Shown in pieces: positions 19,400 through 28,078 of a stretch of 49,216 nt of DNA. This stretch comes from a bacterium. GTDB lineage: Bacteria > Patescibacteriota > Microgenomatia > JAADGY01. The position numbers and the translations under genes are program-made. Under the pieces are notes generated by a model. That model was not told where the DNA came from. It searched no databases and was given only the letters and a program-made list of their open reading frames with translations. The DNA is taken from positions 1 through 49,216 of the forward strand of contig JALVIH010000052.1 of the NCBI GenBank assembly GCA_027028625.1, read 5' to 3'. The stretch's first letter is position 1. Each line of letters opens with the position of its first letter.

Positions 19400-19409
19400 A
19401 TGCTTAAAA

Positions 19410-21158
19410 ATGACTGAATTGGAAAAACTTCGCCATTCTTGCGCTCACTTACTGGCCGCAGCAGTAGTTTCCCTCTGGCCAGAGGCCAAACCAACTATCG
19501 GCCCACCTATCGAGAATGGTTTCTATTATGATTTTGACCTTCCCAAACCCATCTCCCAAGACGACCTCAAAAAAATTGAGAAAAAGATGAGGGAGATTGT
19601 TAAAGATTGGAAAGAGTTTAAACGGGAAGAACTTAGTTACTCACAAGCCAAAGAACTCTTTAAAAATAATCCCTATAAATTAGAGCTAATCGAGGAACTT
19701 AAGGCCGAAAAAGCCCCCATAACTATCTACCGTTCAGGCGATTTCGTTGATCTTTGCCGCGGACCTCATATTGATGAACCTAATAAAAAATTAAGGCATT
19801 TTAAGCTTCTCTCGATTGCTGGAGCTTACTGGCGAGGAGATGAGAAAAAGAAAATGCTCACCCGAATTTATGGAACCTGTTTTCCAACAGAGGAAGAATT
19901 AAACAACTACCTTAACCAATTAGAAGAGGCAAAAAAACGAGATCATAAAAAACTCGGACCTCAATTAGACCTCTTCTTCTTCTCCCCCCTTGTTGGGCCT
20001 GGTTTGCCTCTTTGGACACCCAAGGGAACAATTTTAAGAAACCTCCTGGATGATTATGTTTGGCAACTTCGTAAAGAAAGAGGTTACACAAAAGTAACTA
20101 TCCCTTACCTAACTAAGAAGGAGCTCTACGAAACTAGCGGCCATTGGCAGAAATTCGCCGATGAGCTTTTTAAAATCAAAAGCCGTGAAGGGCATCTCTT
20201 CGCCTTAAAACCAATGAACTGCCCCCATCACACTCAGATCTATGCCCATAAGCAGCGAAGCTATCGAGAACTACCTCAACGCTATGCCGAAACTACTCAG
20301 GTTTATCGGGATGAACAAAGTGGAGAATTAGGTGGTTTAACCCGTGTCCGTTCTATAACCCAAGATGATTCCCATGTTTTTTGCCGTTATAACCAAGTTA
20401 AAGAAGAATTCCTCAGCATCTGGCAGATAATTAATATCTTCTACAAAACCTTTGGTTTTGACCTAAAACTCCGCCTTTCTTTCCATGATCCAGACCATTT
20501 TGAAAATTACCTAGGTACCCCTGAAGTTTGGAAAAAGGCGGAAAAGGATATTCAAGAAATAGCCCAAAACCAGAAAAACAGCTTTACCATTGCCAAAGGT
20601 GAAGCCGCCTTCTATGGTCCAAAGGTTGACTTTATTGTCACCGATTCCCTTGGTCGTCAGTGGCAGGTAGCCACTATTCAACTAGACATTAATATGCCGG
20701 AGCGTTTTGACCTTTTCTGTATCAATGAAAAAGGTGAGAAAGAACGAATCGTTATGATTCATGCGGCCATTATGGGTTCAATAGAGCGTTTTATTGGGAT
20801 TTTAATTGAACATTTTGCCGGTGCTTTTCCCACCTGGTTGGCACCAGAACAAGTCTGGGTTTTACCTATCAGTGAGAAACAAAACGAATACGCCCAAAAA
20901 GTTTATCTTAAGTTAAAAGAAAGCGGTTTTCGGACTAGCCTTATCTCTGAAGGTTCCCTTAGCCGCCGCTTACATTCTTTTCAAAAAATGAAGGTTCCTT
21001 ATGCTATAATACTAGGAGAAAAAGAAATGACTAATAACACAATCAGTTTACGAGACCACCAGGGAAAACAACTCCATCAGGTAAAAGTTGATCACTTACT
21101 TAAAAGGCTGAGAGATGAGGTTCAGTCCAAATCACTTAAACTTGAGCTAACTGAATGA
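19410..21158 (+). CDS. thrS: Threonine--tRNA ligase (lacks N-terminal TGS domain)
   Basis: RHSCAHLL, DLCRGPH, KPMNCP, GLTRVR, AAFYGPK, GSIERF. Confidence 0.98.
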   Translation: MTELEKLRHSCAHLLAAAVVSLWPEAKPTIGPPIENGFYYDFDLPKPISQDDLKKIEKKMREIVKDWKEFKREELSYSQAKELFKNNPYKLELIEELKAEKAPITIYRSGDFVDLCRGPHIDEPNKKLRHFKLLSIAGAYWRGDEKKKMLTRIYGTCFPTEEELNNYLNQLEEAKKRDHKKLGPQLDLFFFSPLVGPGLPLWTPKGTILRNLLDDYVWQLRKERGYTKVTIPYLTKKELYETSGHWQKFADELFKIKSREGHLFALKPMNCPHHTQIYAHKQRSYRELPQRYAETTQVYRDEQSGELGGLTRVRSITQDDSHVFCRYNQVKEEFLSIWQIINIFYKTFGFDLKLRLSFHDPDHFENYLGTPEVWKKAEKDIQEIAQNQKNSFTIAKGEAAFYGPKVDFIVTDSLGRQWQVATIQLDINMPERFDLFCINEKGEKERIVMIHAAIMGSIERFIGILIEHFAGAFPTWLAPEQVWVLPISEKQNEYAQKVYLKLKESGFRTSLISEGSLSRRLHSFQKMKVPYAIILGEKEMTNNTISLRDHQGKQLHQVKVDHLLKRLRDEVQSKSLKLELTE

Positions 21159-21664
21159 AGAAACTGAGTTACCGCATTAATCATCAAATCCGAGCTTCCC
21201 AAGTCAGACTAATTGATGCTAGTGGAAAGCAGATAGGAGTTTTCCCTCTTAATGAAGCTCTTAAAAAGGCCCATGAATCTGACTTGGATTTAGTCGAAAT
21301 AGCTCCTAAAGCCAATCCCCCTGTAGTCAAATTAATCGACTATGCTAAGTTTAAATACCTAGAAGAAAAGAAACGGAAGAAGGAAAAACAAAAAACTAAA
21401 GCTTTAAAAGAGCTTCGCTTGACTCCCTTTATCGGAGAAAACGATCTTAACCGCCTTATCCAAAAGGCCTCTGATTTTCTCAAACAAGGACATAAAGTTA
21501 AAGTTGTGGTAAAATTTACAGGTCGGACCTTAAACTATCAAGATTTTGGCCGACAAGCGTTAGACAAAGTTATCAATCAATTAGGGGAAGTTGCCTTTGT
21601 TGAGCAACCTCCTAAAATGATTGGTAGACGGTTAATAGTTACTTTAGGAGTTAAGAAAAAATGA
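21155..21664 (+). CDS. infC: Translation initiation factor IF-3
   Basis: RINHQIRASQVRLI, DLVEIAP, GHKVKV. Confidence 0.96.
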   Translation: MKKLSYRINHQIRASQVRLIDASGKQIGVFPLNEALKKAHESDLDLVEIAPKANPPVVKLIDYAKFKYLEEKKRKKEKQKTKALKELRLTPFIGENDLNRLIQKASDFLKQGHKVKVVVKFTGRTLNYQDFGRQALDKVINQLGEVAFVEQPPKMIGRRLIVTLGVKKK

Positions 21665-21870
21665 GAAAACCAGCGAAAACAAAATTAAAAAGGCGAAAAT
21701 CTTTTTTGAAGCGCTTTAAAATAAGCGTTAATAAAAAGGTTCTTCACCGAGTTGCTTTCGGTAATCATCTTCGGCGAAAAAAAAGCAAAAGTCAACGGAG
21801 AAATTATCGGCGATTAGTTGCCCTCAAGGGTGAATGGGCTAAAAAAGTACTTAAGTTTATGGGGGTTTAA
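21661..21870 (+). CDS. rpmI: 50S ribosomal protein L35
   Basis: Basic 69-aa protein, KRFKIS...HLRRKKS; lies between infC and rplT. Confidence 0.9.
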   Translation: MRKPAKTKLKRRKSFLKRFKISVNKKVLHRVAFGNHLRRKKSKSQRRNYRRLVALKGEWAKKVLKFMGV

Positions 21871-22227
21871 ATGACACGCGTAAAAACAGGAACCACCCGT
21901 CGAGCAAGACATAAGAAGATTCTCAAGATGGCTAAAGGGTACCAAATGTCCCGCCGACGGCGGTACCGAGTAGCTCATGAGACAGTTCTCCACTCTGGTC
22001 AATATGCTTTTATGGGGAGGAAACTTCGCAAACGTGACTTTCGCCGCTTATGGATTACACGATTGAATATTGCCCTCCGTCAGTTGGGAAGCAAATATTC
22101 CCAGTTTATCCATCAGTTAAAAGAAAAGAAGATAAACCTTAATCGGAAAACTCTTTCTGAGATGGCCATCAACCAACCTGAACAATTTAAAACCCTGGTT
22201 AAGTCTGTTATTGGAACTAGGAACTAG
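21871..22227 (+). CDS. rplT: 50S ribosomal protein L20
   Basis: MTRVK, KRDFRRLWITRLN, LNRKTLSEMA. Confidence 0.97.
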   Translation: MTRVKTGTTRRARHKKILKMAKGYQMSRRRRYRVAHETVLHSGQYAFMGRKLRKRDFRRLWITRLNIALRQLGSKYSQFIHQLKEKKINLNRKTLSEMAINQPEQFKTLVKSVIGTRN

Positions 22228-22273
22228 GAGCTAGGAACTAGGTAATCAGAACTCAGAACTTAGAACTTAGAAT
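22213..22273 (+). repeat. Degenerate heptamer tandem run (GGAACTA/AGAACTT)
   Basis: GGAACTAGGAACTAGGAGCTAGGAACTAGG...AGAACTCAGAACTTAGAACTTAGAATT. Confidence 0.85.
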
Positions 22274-22291
22274 TCGGTAAGAAAACACCAA

Positions 22292-22313
22292 ACCTGCCTG
22301 CCGGCAGGCAGGT
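22292..22313. repeat. Perfect 22-bp palindrome ACCTGCCTGCCGGCAGGCAGGT
   Basis: Read directly from sequence. Confidence 0.9.
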
Positions 22314-22354
22314 CCTAAATTCAAATGATCCAAATTCTAAACCCTGTCTATCGA

Positions 22355-22481
22355 GTCATTCTGAGGAGCTGAGGCAACGAAGAATCTAGCCGATAGGCGC
22401 ACGAGAGTGCTCCCAAGCTTAAGTGCTAGTAACCTTGCGCTCGCTTCCGCTCGCTAGATTCTTCGCGGGGCTCAGAATGAC
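22355..22481. repeat. REP/MITE-like palindromic element, copy 3
   Basis: GTCATTCTGAG...GAAGAATCTAGC...GCTAGATTCTTCGCGGGGCTCAGAATGAC. Confidence 0.85.
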
Positions 22482-22511
22482 GCAGGAGTGGAAGGTTATA
22501 CTTTTCTCCAA

Positions 22512-22660
22512 GTTATCTTGAACGAGCCGCCAGGCGAAGTGAAGCCCCCCCTTCGTCGCCCCAGCTCCTCGGGATGACTCCTCAAGGGGTTCATACTTTA
22601 AAACTTTATGAACTTTTTAACTTTATAAACTAAGTTCCGAGTTCTAAGCTCCAAGTTCTG
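22512..22660. repeat. Chimeric/degenerate element copy 4 plus module B/C
   Basis: Left end resembles copy 1; right end is the reverse complement of the copy 2 left end; followed by ACTTTATGAACTTTTTAACTTTATAAACTAAG. Confidence 0.75.
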
Positions 22661-22832
22661 ATTTCCATTGAAAATTGATCATTAGGATTTTGATTGTTGC
22701 CTGCCCCTACCGAAGGGGGGTTTGGATTATTTGGAATTTGTGATTTGCCATTTTCTAATCTAATTTGTATATGGAGACAAAAATATGATCTAACAGAGCA
22801 CTATGAAGTCAGATATGTTATTATTTAGTCAT

Positions 22833-25534
22833 ATGGATTCATCTCCTGAACTTAACAAACCGGGGGGTTTAGGTCCTGAGTCAGCTAATAGTGGAAAATG
22901 GTCCAATATACGAAGGGTGGAACAAACCTTGAAAAAGACCAAAAGTGGTAGTAAACCTAGTCATAGATTAGCAAAAGAACTTCAGGAACTCGGTATTGGC
23001 GTTCTTTTTCCACCTCAAGAACCTAAAGGAAAAGAAGTAAAAGAGGGACAATCTCAGCGGGTTTTGGTAGCAAAAGGTAAATTTCCTCCTAAGAAGGATA
23101 ACCAATCAACCTCAAGAGAGGAACATCAATTAGACCTAATGATGGTAGCCAGACCTTGGCTTTTTTTAGAAAGGATAGCCCAGAAAATACAACAAGAAGA
23201 AGTAGATTTAAGCAAGGTTTTACGACTTTTGGATTCAGACGAGAGACGTGTTCGGGCCGCTCGATTGTTATTAGCTGATGATGAAGGGAGGATAAAAAGT
23301 GGCTTAGAGTTACTACAAACCCTAGATGAGAAAGATCGCCTAAATCTACTAATGTTAATTTCACAATCGGAAGACGGACGAGTAAGAGCAATAGTCAAAA
23401 AATTCTTGGAGGAAAACCAAATCGCTTTACCAAAGGCCGGCAATCAAAGAGTTGATGCGTCTATATTACTACAACCTTTGTCTGAATATGATATCGCCGC
23501 TGCTTCCTCATTGACCCAAGAGGAAGTACATAAATTACTCTCTCGACCCAAAAAAGAAAAAGATCTCGGTAAGATGGGAAAATTAAAAATATCCTCTCCT
23601 TCATTATTCGAAGAGTTTATTAAACAAGTAACTAAAAGAATAGAAAAAGACCCATCCAATTTAGAAGTTTGGATTAGGCGACTTACTAGATTGGTAGATG
23701 TACTACGTTATAAAGGCCAATTATTCAAAATAAACAATCCAGGCGTAGTTGAAACAGTTATCACCTTAGTGGAACAAATATCACCCAAAGGGGGATCTTT
23801 AAAATCAGTTTGGGACTTTTTGGTTAGATTTGAACTTAACTCTTCTGAACTATCGGCATCAATACTAAAATTGATGGAAGCTCATCAAGATCTTGGTCAT
23901 CCATTAGCGCCAGCATTACTATCCCAACTTGATGAAGAACACCCTTTTTATAAGGAACAAGTAAGGAGAATAGCAGAACTTAAAAGGCTAGTTGAGGGGT
24001 CTGTCGAGAAAGTATTTCCTCGGTTTGGGGAAGCAGAAGATTTAGCAAAAAAGATTGTTACCATCTTCCCTAAAGGAAAACCAAGCGAACGCTTCGGCTT
24101 TGATGCTGAAATGTGGCCGAGTATCCTTGGTGTCTCTCTCCCTAAAGGGGTTAATATCGGCGTGGATGGAAGTGGGGAAATTCCGGAGCTGAGACTTGAG
24201 CCAACACCGGGAGTTCTCGCCTACGACCCTCAGTGGCGGCAAAGGTTAGCTGACATGTACTTATGGGGAGAGACAAGCAAGGTAGCCCCCGCCTCAATTC
24301 ATTTACATGTTGACCGGAGTAAAAAAAATCTACCCGAGCAGAGGGTCTTAATGCGAATGCTTTTTGGGGAAAGTATAAATGATCTCAACGAACAAGATAG
24401 TCCTCCAACCTTCGAGGTAAGAATCGCTCTCCAAGATTATCCTATACCTTCTTCGTCTAAGGCAGTTCCTTTCAAAGATGGGTGGAATTTTATTGCTCTT
24501 GCTGATTTTATGGTCGCTATTAAGAGTAGTCAATGTTATCCGGATTTCAGATGGGAGCCACCTCAACCACTAAATCCCATAGCGAAACGCTGGCTGACAG
24601 TGCTTAGGTTAACTAACAATCCAGAAGCAAGAGCAGCAGCAATAATCGCTCTCCACCGAAATATGGGGCTAAGGATTGTGGGCAGGGATTTTGCCTCTCT
24701 TGAGGGGCCAAACCTTCAAGCACTGGAATTATTAGCAGCAAAGTGGCAACCCACAAAGGAGAGGGAAATAGATTTTATGGAGAGGATAGTGGAAGAATCA
24801 GGTGGCGATGAGATGGTAATTGGGCTGGCGATTCATCAGCTACCCCATCTCGACTTGTCCCCAGAGGAGAAAATGGCCTTTGTAAAAAGAGTGACAAGGA
24901 AAGCAGTAAGCCCTAGTGGGGTCGAGGCAGTAGTTCGTCAGCTTCCCTATTTAGACATTCCCCCAAAGGAAAGAAAAGCTTTTGTGAAAGAAATGATCAA
25001 GAAATCCGAAAACGATGTAGATGTGGCTGAGCTAATGATTAGGCAGCTCCATCATCTTAGCCTGCCTAAGAAAGAAAGAATAGCCTTTTTAATGAAGTTA
25101 ATCGAAAGTGGAAAAATTATGAAGACATTGTTCTGACGGCAGTTAAGCAGCTACCTTATCTTGATCTATCCCCTGAGGAAGAGAGGGTTCTTATATGGGA
25201 AATAACGGATAAGTTGGAATTTGATTGGGCCCGATCTGCTATCATTGCTGAAGTAGCTAAGCAACTTCTTACCCACCACAGTTGGTCATCAAAGGAAAAA
25301 TTAGACTTTCTAATGGAGGCGATAAAAATGTTAAGAAATTACATGAGAGATTATATGGGTGGTATATATACCCTTAACATGCTCTCACAACTCTCCTTTC
25401 TTGGTTTACCCTCAGAAAAACTCAATACTTTATCTTTGGACTCTTTATTAATGAGTAACCCGCAATTTTACCTGGTATCTAAGGTAATCTTTTCGTATTA
25501 TAAGAAGAAACCTAAATGGTCAAAATTGTTTTAA
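22833..25534 (+). pseudogene. Amidoligase-like domain plus helical-repeat protein, split by a -1 frameshift near 25100-25116 (ORFs 22803-25136 and 25214-25534)
   Basis: ~35-aa QLPxLxL repeats continue in the -1 frame across the stop; central FGFDAE...ELRL...SIHLHVD...TFEVR motifs. Confidence 0.65.
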
Positions 25535-25611
25535 AGAAATCGAAGCCAAGAACTATATGATCTAACGCGGCGATAAGGTTACCAGTGAAAATTATGTTAT
25601 AATATTAGCAA

Positions 25612-26022
25612 ATGCCTAGTGAAACACTACAAGAAAAGACACCTTCACAAGAAAAACTCTCACAAACAGATGTCCTATCTCCAAAAGCAGCAGCATTTTT
25701 AAGAGTATTAGCAGGTAGGTTTAAAGATTCTCCTCGAAATGTAGTTAACACCACTGGACTAACAGATATGGGGGTTGAGCGTTACACCATGTTATTCCAA
25801 AACAAATTAGGACCTATCTTAGAAAGAGTTAGTCAAAATCCTACTTTCGAACAAAAACTCCAAGAATGGTGGCATACTCTTCCTCCAGGGGATACCGAAG
25901 GAACCACTTTTATCACAATTGACGAAAAGGGAGTAGAGGAACTACTAGCATTCTTCAATGCAAATGGGGCTGAGCTAGTGAGAGGAGAGCTTCAGTTTTT
26001 AATAAATCGAGTCTTTGTTTAA
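25612..26022 (+). CDS. Hypothetical protein
   Basis: 136-aa ORF preceded by TGnTATAAT. Confidence 0.7.
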   Translation: MPSETLQEKTPSQEKLSQTDVLSPKAAAFLRVLAGRFKDSPRNVVNTTGLTDMGVERYTMLFQNKLGPILERVSQNPTFEQKLQEWWHTLPPGDTEGTTFITIDEKGVEELLAFFNANGAELVRGELQFLINRVFV

Positions 26023-26038
26023 TAAAGTTGCTACTTTA

Positions 26039-26067
26039 TTGACAAGAAATATTTCTGGGGATAATAT
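26039..26067 (+). promoter_or_regulatory. sigma70 promoter of the Tyr leader (TTGACA-17-TAATAT)
   Basis: Hexamers at 26039-26044 and 26062-26067; leader ATG 6 nt downstream. Confidence 0.8.
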
Positions 26068-26073
26068 AACACT

Positions 26074-26145
26074 ATGTTATTAAGTCTATCTCACACTAAC
26101 ACTTATTATTACGTTAACCTTCGGGGAGGTGGGGTAGGCAAGTAG
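26074..26145 (+). CDS. Tyr-rich leader peptide MLLSLSHTNTYYYVNLRGGGVGK
   Basis: Manually translated; TAT TAT TAC at 26104-26112; AGGTGGGGT in its 3' part is complementary to the terminator arm. Confidence 0.82.
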   Translation: MLLSLSHTNTYYYVNLRGGGVGK

Positions 26146-26176
26146 TATATTTACTCCCAAAAATTTAAAAAATCAG

Positions 26177-26201
26177 ACCCCACCTTTTCGGTGGGTTTTT
26201 T
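26177..26201 (+). terminator. Attenuator terminator upstream of LOG-tyrS
   Basis: CCCACC-TTTTC-GGTGGG followed by T6. Confidence 0.85.
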
Positions 26202-26216
26202 ATTAGGGAGCTGTTT

Positions 26217-26747
26217 ATGAAAAAAATACAAATAGGTGTCATGGGCTCTATGGCGGACATAAAACTAAGACAAACCTCAGTTGCCTTAGCTAGAGAGTTA
26301 GGGAGAGAAATAGGAAAAAGAGGAGCATTGTTAGTATTTGGTTACGAAGGGGATTTTGATTCCCTACCTGAAATAGCTGCCCGAGCAGCTGAAAAAGAGG
26401 GTGGACAAACTCTAGCCTTTCTTTGGGGAGATAACAAAAGGACAGCTAAAGATTTGTCCTCCATCAGAATAAGAACTGGGCAGATTCAAGGCGGGGGGAG
26501 AGAATTCCCCTTAGTTTTAAGCTGTGATGTTTTAATCTGCATCGGCGGCGGATCAGGAACATTAACCGAAATAGCCATAGCCTACCAAGCAAACATTCCT
26601 ATTGTGGTCTTAGCAAATTCAGGCGGTTGGAGTCAAAAACTAGCTGGTAAGTTCTTAGATGCCCGAAAAAGAGTAAAAATCACAGCAGCTAGAGATGCAG
26701 AAGAAGCTGTTAATATGGCTATCAAATTAGCAAGTTCTGTTCTATAA
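26217..26747 (+). CDS. LOG/SLOG family protein (TIGR00725-like)
   Basis: IGVMGS, ARELGREIG, IGGGSGTLTEIAIAY, SGGWS. Confidence 0.85.
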   Translation: MKKIQIGVMGSMADIKLRQTSVALARELGREIGKRGALLVFGYEGDFDSLPEIAARAAEKEGGQTLAFLWGDNKRTAKDLSSIRIRTGQIQGGGREFPLVLSCDVLICIGGGSGTLTEIAIAYQANIPIVVLANSGGWSQKLAGKFLDARKRVKITAARDAEEAVNMAIKLASSVL

Positions 26748-26753
26748 TAACTT

Positions 26754-27968
26754 ATGACTGTTATAACTGATGAAAAGTTAGTTGACCAGGTTCTAGATCG
26801 AGGGGTAGTAGAGATCCTGCCTTCTAAAAAGGAGTTTAAAGAACTTCTCCTCTCGGGGAAAAAAATTAGGCTTTACCTCGGTGTTGACCCGACTGGCTTT
26901 GAACTTCATCTAGGCCACTCATTAGCCTTGCGCAAACTTCAACAGTTTGCCGACCTTGGCCATGAAGTCATCCTTCTTTTGGGCACTTTTACTGGAATGA
27001 TCGGTGATCCCACCGGCAAGGACCAAACACGGACACCATTGACTTTTGAACAGATTCAAAAAAATATGGCTGATTACCAACGCCAGGCAGCCAAGATTCT
27101 TGACTTTTCCCGAGTCAAAATTAAGTACAACCACACTTGGCTGGCTAAACTTACCTTCGAAGAGATTATTAAATTAGCCGGTAACTTTACCGTTCAACAG
27201 ATGATTGAGCGGGATATGTTCCAGCGGCGATTAAAAGAAAATAAGCCTATCCACCTTCATGAGTTCTTTTACCCCTTAATGCAAGGCTACGACTCGGTCG
27301 CTATGGACGTTGATCTGGAAATTGGCGGCACTGATCAAACCTTTAATATGTTGGCCGGGCGGACCTTGATGAAAAAAATAAGGAATAAAGATAAGTTTGT
27401 TTTAACAATTCCTCTTTTGTTAGGCTTAGACGGCCGCAAAATGAGTAAAACTTACAACAACTACATCTCATTAACAGACAGTCCTCAGGATGTTTATGGC
27501 AAGACTATGCGCCTTCAAGACGAGCTGATTATTGATTGGTTTAAACTTCTTACTGACTTGCCGACAGAGGAAATAGAAGAGATGAAGCAAAAGATGAAAA
27601 AAGGCCAACTCAATCCAATGGAAGCAAAAAAACGTTTAGCTTTCATTCTGACTAGCTGGCTGCACAATGAAAAAGAGGCTCGAAAAGCCCAGCTTTACTT
27701 CGAGGATGTTTACCAAAAAAGACAACTCCCCCAAACTATTGAGGAAGTAAATCTAAAAGCAGACAAATATTCTCTTTTAACTCTCTTAAAGCAGCTGCCA
27801 ACCTCCCTTTCCAGCCGAAAGTTAAAACAATTAATCCTTCAAGGGGGGATAAGGCTCAACCAAAAAGTTGTTAATAACCCCACCAAAATAATAGAACTAA
27901 AAGAAGGAGAAAAAATCACTTTAAAAATAGGCAAACATTTATTTTTAAACTTAAAGGGGACCAAATGA
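26754..27968 (+). CDS. tyrS: Tyrosine--tRNA ligase
   Basis: GVDPTGFELHLGH, YPLMQGYD, GGTDQTFN, KMSKT, C-terminal S4-like domain. Confidence 0.98.
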   Translation: MTVITDEKLVDQVLDRGVVEILPSKKEFKELLLSGKKIRLYLGVDPTGFELHLGHSLALRKLQQFADLGHEVILLLGTFTGMIGDPTGKDQTRTPLTFEQIQKNMADYQRQAAKILDFSRVKIKYNHTWLAKLTFEEIIKLAGNFTVQQMIERDMFQRRLKENKPIHLHEFFYPLMQGYDSVAMDVDLEIGGTDQTFNMLAGRTLMKKIRNKDKFVLTIPLLLGLDGRKMSKTYNNYISLTDSPQDVYGKTMRLQDELIIDWFKLLTDLPTEEIEEMKQKMKKGQLNPMEAKKRLAFILTSWLHNEKEARKAQLYFEDVYQKRQLPQTIEEVNLKADKYSLLTLLKQLPTSLSSRKLKQLILQGGIRLNQKVVNNPTKIIELKEGEKITLKIGKHLFLNLKGTK

Positions 27969-28078
27969 AGATTAAACGAAAAAAGGTGGTACGAATTATT
28001 ACTATTGCCATTACCATCTTAATGGCACTCTCTTTAATTATTGGCTCGATTATTCCTTTTCTAAATGCCTTCCACTAA
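27965..28078 (+). CDS. Small single-TM protein (37 aa), not in the ORF track
   Basis: MKIKRKKVVRIITIAITILMALSLIIGSIIPFLNAFH; ATGA overlap with the tyrS stop and overlap with the recG start. Confidence 0.7.
   Translation: MKIKRKKVVRIITIAITILMALSLIIGSIIPFLNAFH

Noticed and set aside
19261..19409. T-box riboswitch upstream of thrS (and tyrS)
   Set aside because: Leaders are too short for stem I and lack the TGGNACC T-box motif; cognate-codon uORFs explain them better.
11020..22745. CRISPR array interpretation of the intergenic repeats
   Set aside because: No regularly spaced identical repeats with unique spacers, and no cas genes.
25082..25136. Programmed -1 ribosomal frameshift
   Set aside because: No canonical X XXY YYZ heptamer in frame and no clear downstream stimulatory structure; an indel is the simpler explanation.
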